From the NCBI GenBank assembly GCA_031378805.1, contig JANNEO010000002.1, positions 1,170 through 65,169 on the forward strand: DNA of 64,000 nt, read 5' to 3'. The translations under genes were made by a program, and so were the position numbers. The notes under the pieces are model-generated. The model worked only from the letters and a program-made list of their open reading frames with translations, ran no database searches and was not told the DNA's origin. This stretch comes from Hyphomicrobiales bacterium. GTDB lineage: Bacteria; Pseudomonadota; Alphaproteobacteria; Rhizobiales; Beijerinckiaceae. Below are positions 50,610 through 60,900 of this stretch, one piece after another (position 1 is the stretch's first letter; each line of letters opens with the position of its first letter).

Positions 50610-51710
50610 ATGGTTGACAGGCGGACACTGCTCTTCGGCGCAAGCAGCATGGCTTTTATAGGCGTGGGCGCAGGCTATCTCGCCTTTCGCAACATGGGCT
50701 CCATGGCGGACTATGGGGAGGCGGCAGCCGCGACGCGCGCCGTGCTCGCACAAGTGCCGGAGACACATGACCTCATCCGTTATGCTACGCTGGCGGCGAA
50801 CAGCCACAACACCCAGCCATGGCGCTTCGCCATCAATGATCGCGGCATCGACATTCGGCCCGACCTCACGCGGCAGCTGTCGGCGGTTGATCCAGACAAC
50901 CACCACCTCTTCGCAAGCCTCGGCTGTGCGGCTGAAAATCTTTCCATCGCCGCCCGAATGCGCGGCAAGCCTGGAGAATTGATCTTCGATCCGACCAAAG
51001 GCGGGGGTGTCACATACATTTTCGGACAAGACACCTCCCGGGAAGCTGTGCTCTTCGATGCCATTCCGAAGCGCCAATCCACCCGCGGTTTGTTCGATGG
51101 CAGGCCAATCAGCATCGCCGATCTGGCGGCACTTTCCAATGCTGCGGCGGTACCCGGTGTCGATCTCGTCTTGATATCGGATCGAGTTCAAATCAACCGA
51201 ATCCGTGATCTCGTTGTCGCTGGCAATGCTGTGCAGATGGCGGATACCGCGTTCGTGGATGAACTCAAATCATGGCTGCGCTACAGTCCGCGACATGCCC
51301 TGAAAACAGGCGACGGGCTGTTCGCTGCCTGCAGTGGCAATCCTGCCCTGCCGGAATGGCTGGGACCGCGGATGTTTGATCTGGCCTTCAGGACTGAGGC
51401 CGAGAACAACAAGTATGCCCGCCAGATCGCCTCTTCAGCCGGTATTGCCGTGTTCGTGGCCGCCAAGGACGATCCTGAGCATTGGGTGCTGGCAGGGCGC
51501 GCCTGTCAACGCTTTGCCCTCGCCGCCACGGCACTGGGCCTCAAGCACGCGTTCCTCAACCAACCCGTCGAAGTCGCTGGCCTGCGCTCGGAACTGGCCG
51601 AGCTGGTGGGCATGTCAGGTCGCCGGCCAGATATCGTCATGCGCTTTGGCTACGGTCCGGCGCTGCCGTTTTCAACACGGAGACCGGTCGAAGCTGTGAT
51701 CGCGGCATGA
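50610..51710 (+). CDS. Acg-family nitroreductase-fold protein with Tat-like signal
   Basis: MVDRRTLLFGASSMAFIGVGAG is RR-containing. It has NSHNTQPWRF and a duplicated nitroreductase-like architecture. 366 aa. Confidence 0.75.
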   Translation: MVDRRTLLFGASSMAFIGVGAGYLAFRNMGSMADYGEAAAATRAVLAQVPETHDLIRYATLAANSHNTQPWRFAINDRGIDIRPDLTRQLSAVDPDNHHLFASLGCAAENLSIAARMRGKPGELIFDPTKGGGVTYIFGQDTSREAVLFDAIPKRQSTRGLFDGRPISIADLAALSNAAAVPGVDLVLISDRVQINRIRDLVVAGNAVQMADTAFVDELKSWLRYSPRHALKTGDGLFAACSGNPALPEWLGPRMFDLAFRTEAENNKYARQIASSAGIAVFVAAKDDPEHWVLAGRACQRFALAATALGLKHAFLNQPVEVAGLRSELAELVGMSGRRPDIVMRFGYGPALPFSTRRPVEAVIAA

Positions 51711-53710
51711 CATATAGCACCAGGAATCCAAATCCACCTGATCGCGCAACGCGCGCTTCCGCCTTGGCTTCACCGGCAAACGACACATGGCTGACACCAC
51801 GTTGCCGAACAATCGCGCTGGCGGCAGTTCCGGCTACGGCACTGATGGTGGGCCTTGCCGCAATGGCGATGGACCGTGGTGATACAGCTTTCTGGATTTT
51901 CGCAGCCGGCATCGTTCCGGTTCTCATCGCACTTCTCGTTAGCATCATTCGCAGCCTGGCCCGGGGCGAGTTCGGACTCGATATCATCGCCGCGCTCTCC
52001 ATGACGGGCGCGTTGCTGGCGAACGAGGCTCTGGCAGGAGTCGTGGTCGCGCTGATGTATTCTGGCGGGCAGTTGCTGGAAGACTATGCTCAAGGGCGTG
52101 CCCAGCGCGAGATGACGGCACTGCTGGGGCGTGTGGCGCGGACCGCCCAGGTCTATCGCGGCAACGGACTGGTCGAGACGCCGATCGAGCAGTTGCAGCC
52201 GGGCGACCGGCTGCTTGTCCGCGCCAGCGAAATCATTCCCGCCGATGGACAGGTGCATGGCGGCGCGGCCCTGCTGGACGAATCGTCTATGACCGGCGAA
52301 CCTATGCCCGTGCGCCGAAACGCCGGTGAGGCCGTTTCCAGTGGTGTTGCAAATGCTGGAGCACCGTTTGATCTGATGCTGTCCCATACCGCAGCCAACA
52401 GCACGTATGCCGCCGTCGTCAGGCTTGTCGATGCGGCCCGCTTTTCAAAGGCACCCGTGGCGCGCCTTGCTGATCAATACGCATTGGGCTTTCTCGCAGT
52501 GACGGTTACCTTGGCTGGCGGAGCCTGGTTTCTGACAGGGGAGGCCTCGCGCGCCGTCGCCGTTCTCGTGGTGGCGACACCTTGTCCGCTGATCCTCGCC
52601 GTCCCGGTCGCCATCGTCGCGGGCATGTCACGAGCCGCCAAGCGTGGGCTTCTTTTCAAATCGGCCCGCATTCTGGAAGTCCTGCCGCGCATTCGTACTG
52701 TGATGTTCGACAAGACAGGAACGGTGACGGATGGCTATCCAAAGGTTGCATCCGTCGAACCGGCGACCAATGTCATTGAGGCTGATCTGATTGCGCTTGC
52801 GGCGTCGCTCGCCCAGTCCTCGCAGCACACGATCTCGCAGGCCCTGGTTGGCGAAGCCCGCAAACGCGGCTTGGCGCTCTCGCCCCCTACCAACATCGAA
52901 GACATCGCGGGAGACGGCGTCAAGGGCTTGGTTGCAGGTATCCCGGTGGTGATTGGCCGCCCCGACTTCGTGGCGTTGAGCGTCGGTGCGCCGTCACTTG
53001 CGCCGGGAGACGTGCCGACCGGCTCGACGGTGCTGGGCGTGGCGATCAATAGTGCATGGGCCGGGCGACTGATCTTCATCGACAATTTGCGGGATGACGC
53101 GGTTGCAACGATTGCCGCGCTGCGCCTTGGCGGAGTTTCCCGTGTCACTCTCATCACCGGTGATCAGGCTGTGGTCGCGCAAGATATAGGCAGGCGGCTC
53201 GGCGTGGACGATGTGATCGCCCAGGCAACGCCGCAGCAGAAGATTGAAGCTGTGGTCAAGGCCAAGGCCATGGCACCGACGATGATGGTTGGCGATGGAA
53301 TCAACGATGCTCCCGCGCTGGCGGCTGCCGACATTGGTGTGGCCATGGGAGCGCGCGGTGCAGCGGCCGCAGCAGAGGCCGCCGACATCGTCCTGCTGGT
53401 GGACCGGATCGGTCGTCTCAACGAAGCCATGGAAATCGCCCGACACACCCGGACCATCGCGCTGCAAAGCGTCATTATCGGGTTGGGATTGTCATCTGCC
53501 GGAATGCTGCTGGCCGCGCTCGGCTATCTGCCACCGCTGGCTGGAGCGTTGACGCAGGAGGCGATCGATGTGGCGGTGGTCCTCAATGCGTTGCGGGCGC
53601 TTGGGGGTGGCACAGTGACTTCCGATGCCCGAAGAGCTCACGATGAGACCTCCCCCAATATGAAGTCTAACTCAGCGCTTCTCCCGTCGGCTTCACATCC
53701 GAGACCCTGA
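51707..53710 (+). CDS. P1B-type heavy-metal-translocating ATPase, TPCP transmembrane motif, no N-terminal HMA domain
   Basis: Start at MTYSTRN (ATGA overlap with the previous stop). Motifs VVATPCPLILAVP, FDKTGTVTDG and MVGDGINDAPALAAADIGVAMG. No CxxC metal-binding domain and no C-terminal extra domain. Confidence 0.85.
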   Translation: MTYSTRNPNPPDRATRASALASPANDTWLTPRCRTIALAAVPATALMVGLAAMAMDRGDTAFWIFAAGIVPVLIALLVSIIRSLARGEFGLDIIAALSMTGALLANEALAGVVVALMYSGGQLLEDYAQGRAQREMTALLGRVARTAQVYRGNGLVETPIEQLQPGDRLLVRASEIIPADGQVHGGAALLDESSMTGEPMPVRRNAGEAVSSGVANAGAPFDLMLSHTAANSTYAAVVRLVDAARFSKAPVARLADQYALGFLAVTVTLAGGAWFLTGEASRAVAVLVVATPCPLILAVPVAIVAGMSRAAKRGLLFKSARILEVLPRIRTVMFDKTGTVTDGYPKVASVEPATNVIEADLIALAASLAQSSQHTISQALVGEARKRGLALSPPTNIEDIAGDGVKGLVAGIPVVIGRPDFVALSVGAPSLAPGDVPTGSTVLGVAINSAWAGRLIFIDNLRDDAVATIAALRLGGVSRVTLITGDQAVVAQDIGRRLGVDDVIAQATPQQKIEAVVKAKAMAPTMMVGDGINDAPALAAADIGVAMGARGAAAAAEAADIVLLVDRIGRLNEAMEIARHTRTIALQSVIIGLGLSSAGMLLAALGYLPPLAGALTQEAIDVAVVLNALRALGGGTVTSDARRAHDETSPNMKSNSALLPSASHPRP

Positions 53711-54086
53711 ACGTCTGCAGCACGCCTTCGTCGTCGCGGATGGAAACGAATTCATCGCGCTGCATGACGTGCTCGCCGAGGCGAAACCCGTCTTCGTCTT
53801 CCTGATTCAGACCTGCATAGTGTACAGTCCAGGTCGCCCCTCCCGTACCGCCAGCGCGATGCATCAGAATGCCGTGCCTGACCGGTTCGTCGTCCCAGAA
53901 ACGCTGAACACCATATGCCGTGCGATGATCACGCCAGGCGTTGACACTGAGATGCCCAGCCGTATCGAGAGCCGCTCTGATATCGTATCCGCGGCGCAGC
54001 GATCCTTCGGGAAATGTCTTGGTGCGCGCCAGCCTCAGGATGATATGGCTGACAGGATAGCGCGGTCCATGATCTGTGCTGGTCAC
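53667..54086 (-). CDS. hypothetical protein
   Basis: ORF with a likely GTG start at 54086, preceded by AAGGA 8 nt upstream. Convergent with the ATPase gene and overlapping its 3' end by 44 nt. No family recognised. Confidence 0.4.
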   Translation of the reverse strand: MTSTDHGPRYPVSHIILRLARTKTFPEGSLRRGYDIRAALDTAGHLSVNAWRDHRTAYGVQRFWDDEPVRHGILMHRAGGTGGATWTVHYAGLNQEDEDGFRLGEHVMQRDEFVSIRDDEGVLQTFRVSDVKPTGEALS

Positions 54087-54382
54087 TGGCAAAATCCTTG
54101 TCTTTACATAGCGACCTTTGCCGCAGTCAGAATGTGATAGCCCTCCTGCCAACCATCCAAAAGCTACGGATTGTACTCACGTGGTCGTCCAGGATTTTTG
54201 AGATGGATCGTTGCGATTATCCCCAAGAGGTTGATGGCTTTGGTCAGCCGCTTCTGCGCATGGCCGCATGATCCGGTTTCAGTACGATCGAATGCATTCC
54301 AGATATCTCGGCCTATCGGAGGAACTTTAAACCCCGGAGAGACGTTATGTAGTGTGGGCTTTCGCCCGTCATCCAGGAAAGG

Positions 54383-55819
54383 GTGGCCACGATGTCATTC
54401 GACGCATTGTTGCTGGCCCGGATCCAGTTCGCTTTTACCATCAGTTTTCACATCATTTTTCCGGTGTTCACCATCGGACTTGCGAGCTATCTCGCGGTGC
54501 TGAACGGCCTGTGGCTGCGCACGGGCAAATCGGTCTTTCTTGACCTGTTCAATTACTGGAAGAAGATTTTCGCCGTCGCCTTCGGCATGGGCGTCGTGTC
54601 CGGCATCGTCATGAGTTACCAGTTCGGCACCAACTGGAGTGTGTTTTCGGACAAGGTAGGCCCTGTTCTGGGCCCTCTGATGGGGTATGAAGTGCTCTCC
54701 GCTTTCTTTCTGGAGGCGGGTTTTCTGGGTGTCATGCTGTTCGGGCGCGAGCGTGTCGGCCACAAGCTGCATTTCTTTGCCACGCTGATGGTCGCATTCG
54801 GCACGTTCATGTCAGCGTTCTGGATCCTGTCGGTCAACAGCTGGATGCAGACTCCGGCAGGTTACGCCATCAACGACGTCGGCCAGTTCATCACCACGAG
54901 CTGGTGGGCCGTGATCTTCAATCCGTCTTTCCCCTACCGGCTGGTTCACATGGTCTTGGCCGCCTACCTGACCACGGCCTTTGTCGTCGGCGGGGTTGGG
55001 GCTCTCCATCTGCTGCGGGATCGGACAAACCCTGCGGCGCGCATCATGTTCTCGATGGCGATGTGGATGGCCGCGATTGTCGCACCGCTGCAGATCATTG
55101 CCGGTGACATGCACGGCATCAACACGCTCGAATATCAGCCTGCAAAGGTGATGGCCATGGAAGGGCACTATGACAGCCATCCCTCAGGGGCACCGCTCAT
55201 CCTGTTCGGCATTCCCAACTCTGCCGAAAAGCGCATCGACTACGCCATCCAGATTCCGAAGCTGTCGTCGCTCATCCTCAAGCATGACCTGAACGCACCG
55301 TTGGCTGGACTTGACACGATCCCCGTCGACAAGCAGCCTCCCGTCGCCATCGTGTTCTGGAGCTTCCGGGTCATGGTCGCAATCGGGTTTGCGATGCTGG
55401 GGCTGGGCCTCTGGAGCCTGTGGCTTCGCCATCGAGGCACTCTTTTTGATACGCCGCGGATGCACCGCACCGCCGTCGCACTCGGACCTTCCGGCTTTGT
55501 TGCGGTGCTGGCTGGCTGGATCACCACGGAGGTCGGACGGCAGCCTTACACGGTCTATGGTCTCCTGACGACGGCGCAGTCCGTGTCGCCAGTCTCCGCG
55601 GTTGCCGTTGCCAGTTCCCTCGTTGCGTTCATTATCGTCTACTTCACGCTGTTTGGCGCGGGAACGTTCTACATCTTGCGCCTGATGAACCAGCCACCCC
55701 ATGCCGGTGAGCCGGGCCTGCCGCCCGAACAGCCGATCCGCGCCGGTGGCATCATGCCGGCGCCGGCCATGGATGTGGCAGGCGCTGTTACATCAGCAAC
55801 AGCGGGAGCCATGTCATGA
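54383..55819 (+). CDS. cydA: cytochrome bd-type ubiquinol oxidase subunit I (short Q-loop, CioA-like)
   Basis: N-terminus LLLARIQFAFTISFHIIFPVFTIGLASYL, plus GYEVLSAFFLEAGFLGVMLFG. The 478-aa length indicates the short-Q-loop class. Confidence 0.9.
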   Translation: MATMSFDALLLARIQFAFTISFHIIFPVFTIGLASYLAVLNGLWLRTGKSVFLDLFNYWKKIFAVAFGMGVVSGIVMSYQFGTNWSVFSDKVGPVLGPLMGYEVLSAFFLEAGFLGVMLFGRERVGHKLHFFATLMVAFGTFMSAFWILSVNSWMQTPAGYAINDVGQFITTSWWAVIFNPSFPYRLVHMVLAAYLTTAFVVGGVGALHLLRDRTNPAARIMFSMAMWMAAIVAPLQIIAGDMHGINTLEYQPAKVMAMEGHYDSHPSGAPLILFGIPNSAEKRIDYAIQIPKLSSLILKHDLNAPLAGLDTIPVDKQPPVAIVFWSFRVMVAIGFAMLGLGLWSLWLRHRGTLFDTPRMHRTAVALGPSGFVAVLAGWITTEVGRQPYTVYGLLTTAQSVSPVSAVAVASSLVAFIIVYFTLFGAGTFYILRLMNQPPHAGEPGLPPEQPIRAGGIMPAPAMDVAGAVTSATAGAMS

Positions 55820-56820
55820 CGCTTGATCTTCCGCTGATCTGGGCTGGCCTGATCGCCTTCGCCGTTCTGGCCTATATCGTTCTCGATGGTTTCGATCTGG
55901 GCATCGGCATCCTGTTTCCGTTCGTCAAGGGTGAGGTCCACCGCGATGAGATGATGAACTCGGTGGCACCCGTCTGGGATGGTAACGAGACGTGGCTGGT
56001 GCTCGGCGGCGGTGGCCTCTTCGCGGTGTTTCCGCTGGCCTACGCCATCATCATGCCAGCGCTTTACGCGCCGATCATCATCATGTTGCTCGGCCTCATT
56101 TTCCGCGGCGTGGCTTTCGAGTTTCGCTGGCGCACCAAGCGCGGGCAATTCCTGTGGGATTGGGCATTTTCGGGCGGATCGATTGCTGCGACCTTCGCTC
56201 AGGGGGTTGCACTCGGCGCGCTGGTGCAGGGCATCCCTGTCGCAAACCGCGCCTATGCAGGCGGCTGGTGGGACTGGCTGACCCCTTTCAGCCTACTGAC
56301 AGGCGCAGCCCTTGTCATCGGTTATGCGATGCTTGGCGCAACCTGGCTGATCTGGAAAACCGAAGGCCATGTGCAGGACACCGCCTACCGCATGGCCAGG
56401 ATCACCGCTCCGGCCACCCTGCTCCTGATCGGTGTGGTCAGCGCCTGGACACCGTTCCTGAGCGCTGTCTACATGGATCGCTGGTTCGGCTGGCCGCATC
56501 TTCTGCTTGCCGGGCCGGTGCCGCTGCTGGTGCTGCTTGCCGCCTTCGTGCTCTACCGGGGACTGCGCGACCGTGAAGAAGTCAGCCCCTTTCTCGCAGC
56601 ACAATCGCTGTTCGTGCTGTGCTTCATGGGTCTGGGAATCAGCTTCTACCCCTATATCGTTCCCAACAGCGTGACGATCTGGGCAGCTGCGGCCCCCGAC
56701 AACAGCCTGTCCTTCCTGCTGGTCGGCGCGGTCGTGCTTGTGCCCCTGATCCTGATCTATACGGCCTATTCCTACTGGGTCTTCCGCGGCAAGGTGAATG
56801 CTGTGGGCGGCTACCACTGA
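55816..56820 (+). CDS. cydB: cytochrome bd-type ubiquinol oxidase subunit II
   Basis: Motifs YIVLDGFDLGIGILFPF and WDGNETWLVLGGG. ATGA overlap with subunit I. Confidence 0.9.
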   Translation: MTLDLPLIWAGLIAFAVLAYIVLDGFDLGIGILFPFVKGEVHRDEMMNSVAPVWDGNETWLVLGGGGLFAVFPLAYAIIMPALYAPIIIMLLGLIFRGVAFEFRWRTKRGQFLWDWAFSGGSIAATFAQGVALGALVQGIPVANRAYAGGWWDWLTPFSLLTGAALVIGYAMLGATWLIWKTEGHVQDTAYRMARITAPATLLLIGVVSAWTPFLSAVYMDRWFGWPHLLLAGPVPLLVLLAAFVLYRGLRDREEVSPFLAAQSLFVLCFMGLGISFYPYIVPNSVTIWAAAAPDNSLSFLLVGAVVLVPLILIYTAYSYWVFRGKVNAVGGYH

Positions 56821-56960
56821 TGGAAAGGCTCGATAACAATCTGCAGAATGTGCCTCTCTGGCAGCGTCTTGTCTGGTTCGGCGCAATCTGGGCTGTGAGT
56901 ATCCTGGCGCTTTCACTCGTCGCCTGGGTCATCAAATGGGCCGTGAAAATTCCGGCTTGA
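56820..56960 (+). CDS. small membrane protein following the bd oxidase genes (DUF2474-like)
   Basis: 46-aa MERLDNNLQNVPLWQRLVWFGAIWAVSILALSLVAWVIKWAVKIPA. The start shares 1 nt with the cydB stop (TGATG). The family name is from memory. Confidence 0.55.
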   Translation: MERLDNNLQNVPLWQRLVWFGAIWAVSILALSLVAWVIKWAVKIPA

Positions 56961-57031
56961 ACATCGCCAGCAACGCATATGAGCAGATCGCCCATGTTTT
57001 ATAATTGATACGAAGCTCAAACCTACACCGG

Positions 57032-57913
57032 CTATGATGCAGAAATGATCTCATGAAGATCCGCCACGGCTTTCGAGACCGCAAGTGCCAGATCATCGGC
57101 GATCATCCCGCGCCCTGCGATCTGTCCGGCAAGACCATGCAACCAGACACCGGCACAGGCCGCTTCGAACCCCGGCATGTCCTGCGCCAGGAAGCTGCCG
57201 ATGATGCCCGACAGCACATCGCCCGAACCTGCCGTTGCCAGCCAGGACGGGGCATTGTCGTTGACAGCGACACGCCCGTCTGCGGCAGCGATAACCGTCT
57301 TTGCGCCCTTCAACACAACCGTCGCGCCGAAAAAGGAGGCGGATTCTTGAGCACGGCCTATGCGCCATTCCGCATGAGCCTGCACGTCGTTGCCTTGCAC
57401 GGGTTGCACGCCGGTCAGTCTTGTAAACTCGCCCTCGTGCGGCGTCAAAACGACAGGTCGCGCATTTGATGCGGTCATATCCGCCAGCTTCTGGGCCTTG
57501 CCTTCAAAGCTCGTGAGCGCGTCTGCGTCGAGAACGCAGGCGCGCCGGGCCGCCATGGTGACGGCCACAAGTTCGCAGGCAACAGCGCCAACGCCCATCG
57601 CAGGTCCGAGAATGACCGCGTTGAAGCGCGTGTCCTCAAGCAGCAGCGCCAGGCCTACCGGACCGTCCGCCTGCTTCAGCATGATCGCCGTCACATGTGC
57701 GGCGTGGACTATCAACGCATCCTTCGCGCCCGCCAGCGTCACCAGACCTGCGCCAGCCCGCAAGGCCGATGTCGCCGCCAGCCGTGCGGCCCCGGTGGCC
57801 AAAGGCGGCCCGCTCCACACCAGCACCGAGCCGTGTTGATACTTGTGGGCATCCGGTGCCTGACCGATCAACGTGTGACGCCAAAGGTCCGGTGTGTTCA
57901 CCACGAGAGTCAT
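57032..57913 (-). CDS. nnrD: ADP-dependent NAD(P)H-hydrate dehydratase (YjeF C-terminal type)
   Basis: Motifs HKYQHGSVLVWSGPPLATGAARLAATSALRAGAGLV and AGSGDVLSGIIGSFLAQ. Confidence 0.85.
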   Translation of the reverse strand: MTLVVNTPDLWRHTLIGQAPDAHKYQHGSVLVWSGPPLATGAARLAATSALRAGAGLVTLAGAKDALIVHAAHVTAIMLKQADGPVGLALLLEDTRFNAVILGPAMGVGAVACELVAVTMAARRACVLDADALTSFEGKAQKLADMTASNARPVVLTPHEGEFTRLTGVQPVQGNDVQAHAEWRIGRAQESASFFGATVVLKGAKTVIAAADGRVAVNDNAPSWLATAGSGDVLSGIIGSFLAQDMPGFEAACAGVWLHGLAGQIAGRGMIADDLALAVSKAVADLHEIISAS

Positions 57914-57919
57914 GCGGGC

Positions 57920-60900
57920 TCAATTTTTCGCGCGATCGGCCTGCGGTGCCGCCGCCAGCGCAAGCCGCGCCAGTGCTGGCAGTGACTTGCACCCGGTCCG
58001 GGTCATGATCGCATTGCGGTGGTTCTCCACCGTGCGCTGGCTGATGCCCAGGTCGGCTGCGATGTTCTTGCTGGGGTGGCCTGCCAGCACCAGATCCATG
58101 ATCTGTTTCTGTCGCACTGTAAGGCCAGCCACGTGGCTTTGCGCCTCGGTGCGCCATTGCGCCACTTTGCTGACATCCCGGGATTGCTCCAATGCGCGTT
58201 CGATGCTGGCGAGGAGGTCAACGGAACTGACTGGTTTTTCGATGAAGTCGATTGCTCCGGCCTTCATTGCCTGAACCGCCATGGGAACATCGCTGTTGCC
58301 GGTGATCATGATCGCGGGCAGCGGATCATTTGCATCGCTGAGCTGTTGCAACAGGGCAAACCCGTTCATGCCCGGCAGATAGGCATCGATGAGCAGGCAT
58401 CCGCCTTGATCTGGTTGATAATGTTCCAGAAAGGCTTCGCTGGTTGCAAAGGTCATGGCTTCGTATCCCTTGTCTTCCAGCAAGGCGCGCAGTGTATCGC
58501 AGATGTTCTGGTCGTCATCCACGACGTAAACCATGTCCGACGTCGGACTTGATGCAACCCGCATGGGTTTGGCCATGGTGCTTGCGGGCATGAGCTGCGG
58601 CGCAGACAGAAGCGTTTCGATGACAGCCATCATTTTCTTCAGTTGCACCGGCTTGTTGAGGTGAACACAGTCACTCCGCGCGATTTCGGCGAGTGTTTTG
58701 GTGGAAATATCACCTGTCAGAATGATGACCGGCAACGCACGCTTTGATGCATTCTTCAGCTTTGCCGCAACCTGCAGGCCATCCATGCCGTTGGGAAGGT
58801 TGTAGTCTGCAATGACGAGATCGGGCTTCAGCATTCCTTTCTCAACGAGTTCCAGCGCAGCCAATCCGTCGAACGCGGTGGTTACCTGATGGCCCTCGGC
58901 TTCCAGCAACAGCGCGAGCAGTTCACGCACGTCCGGGTCGTCCTCGACAACGAGGATCGTGCAGCCTTTCCCGGCAACTTCCGAAGACGAAGTGATAGCG
59001 CCAACATCAGAAGCGACTGACGTTGGCGGATCAACACCATCGGCTGGCAGCGCGATCTCTATGGCAAAAACCGATCCCTTGCCGAGCCGCGAGCGCACAT
59101 GGACCCGGTAGCCAAGCAAGGTCACCAGCCGCTGGACGATGGCAAGACCCAGGCCCAGACCACGGCTGCGCTCGCGCGCTGCATTGTCGAGCTGGTGATA
59201 TTCTTCGAAGATCGTCTGCAGTTCCGTATCGGGAATGCCGATGCCGGTGTCCCATATTTCGATGCTGAGCGACCCCGCTCGCCGCCTGCATCCCAGCAGT
59301 ACCCTACCCGAACGCGTATACTTGATTGCGTTGGTCAGCAGATTGCGGATCATCTGCTCCAGAAGGCGGGGATCGGTATGGATGATGTGCTTGCAAGGCA
59401 CGATCCTCAGCTTCAGCGCCTTGGCTTCGGCATGATAAGAGAACTCCTCCCGCAACCGTTCGAACAGATCGTTCAGTGAATAACTGACGATCTCAGCACG
59501 CACGACTCCAGACTCGATCTGGTTGATATCGAGCAGCGCGTTGAGCATTCCAGACATGGCGTGCAACGTATCGTCCAGGCGCTTCACCAGATTCTGCGCT
59601 TTTTCGCCTTGAACTGTTCGTGCGAGCAAACCCTGCACGAATGCGATGGTCTGGAGCGGCTGGCGCAGATCATGGCTGGCCGCCGCGAGGAAACGCGACT
59701 TGGCACGGTTGGCCTGCTCGGCTTCCAGCTTGGCCTCTTCCAGCGCCTTGCGGATACGTTTGCGCTCGCTGATGTCGGTGAAGGTGATGACAACGCCTTC
59801 CACGTGTTTGTCGTGATTGCGATAGGGCAAAATGCGGCGGGTGAACCACACATCAGTCTTCGTCTCGATCTCCCGATCAACGGGAGCCAAGTCTTTCAGC
59901 ACAGACCGGGCATCGGTTGCCAGCTGTGTATCTGCCGCCAATGAATGCAGATCGGCCAGCGGCCTGCCCACATCGCCTGGGATCACGTTGAAAAGAGATT
60001 TCGTGGCCGGTGTGAAGAAGCGGATGTTGAGATCACGGTCCAGAAACAGCGTGGCGACATCGGTGCTGTAGAGCACGTTCTGCAGGTCCTTGGACGTGGT
60101 GCGCTGCCTATCAAGCGTCTCCTGCAGCTGGTTGTTCAACGCCGTGAGTTCTTCGTTGAGAGACTGCAGTTCCTCCTTCGAGGTCAGCAACTCCTCGTTG
60201 GTGGACTGGAACTCCTCGTTGACGGACAGCGCCTCCTCGTTGACAGCTTTCTGTTCTTCGCTGGCCATTTCGAGATTGTGGATGGCCGCGTGCAGCTCGG
60301 TCCGGGTGGTTTCCAGTTCCCTTTCGAGGTCGGTGATGCGCGTATGATCATCCGGCGACGGCTCGATGCCGGGCTTCGTTCGGCCAGTCGCGCTCCTGGA
60401 AGGCGGGGCACTGACCATCGGATGGGACTTTCGAGCGGCTTCAAGGAAACCGACAAGCAAAAGTTCCTCACCCTCATGGTTCAGTGAATGGACCTCGATT
60501 GTAAAAGCATGGGCACCGCTGGACGGATCGACGAGGGCACCGTCAACGCTGGCATATGGACTTTGCGGGGTCACCTGCTGGATGGCAGCCCGCAGCTTGA
60601 CGCGGGCTTCCTGCGGTACCATGCCCAGCAACTCATTTGTCGGATGGCCTTCCGCATGGTGCAGGTAGCGCGCTGTCGGACCCAGGAAATAGAGGCATTC
60701 CATCTTGCGGTTGATCAGGACCAGCGCGGGTGCGTAGGTTTTGAGTGCCATCCGCCGGGCAAGCTCCGCCAACGCGGTCTGGCGGGATGGCGCAGCGACA
60801 GTCGAGCCGGATTTGACGACCGCTCTGCCATCACCCTTGCTCAGGGCAAATCCGACATCGCCGGGCCGGGCCCGCCCGATATGCCGATACAGACGCTCCG

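Noticed and set aside
50187-50617. Short ORFs (84, 72 and 66 aa) in the 370-bp gap between the lipoprotein gene and the Acg gene.
   Set aside because: They overlap one another, have no RBS and no recognisable motifs. The region is more likely promoter sequence or degraded remnant sequence.
54198-54211. FixK/FNR-like box (ttgagatggatcgt) upstream of the bd oxidase operon.
   Set aside because: Only the TTGA half-site is intact (TTGA-N6-TCGT against the consensus TTGA-N6-TCAA). A single imperfect half-palindrome is not enough to call a site. It would need a PWM scan and expression data.
60090-60300. Apparent nucleotide periodicity or repeats (ctcctcgtt / gttgag) inside the large sensor gene.
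   Set aside because: This region encodes the heptad-like acidic coiled coil (NEE..SVNEEFQSTNEELLTSKEELQSLNEEL) typical of CheB/CheR-PAS proteins. It is not an independent DNA repeat element.
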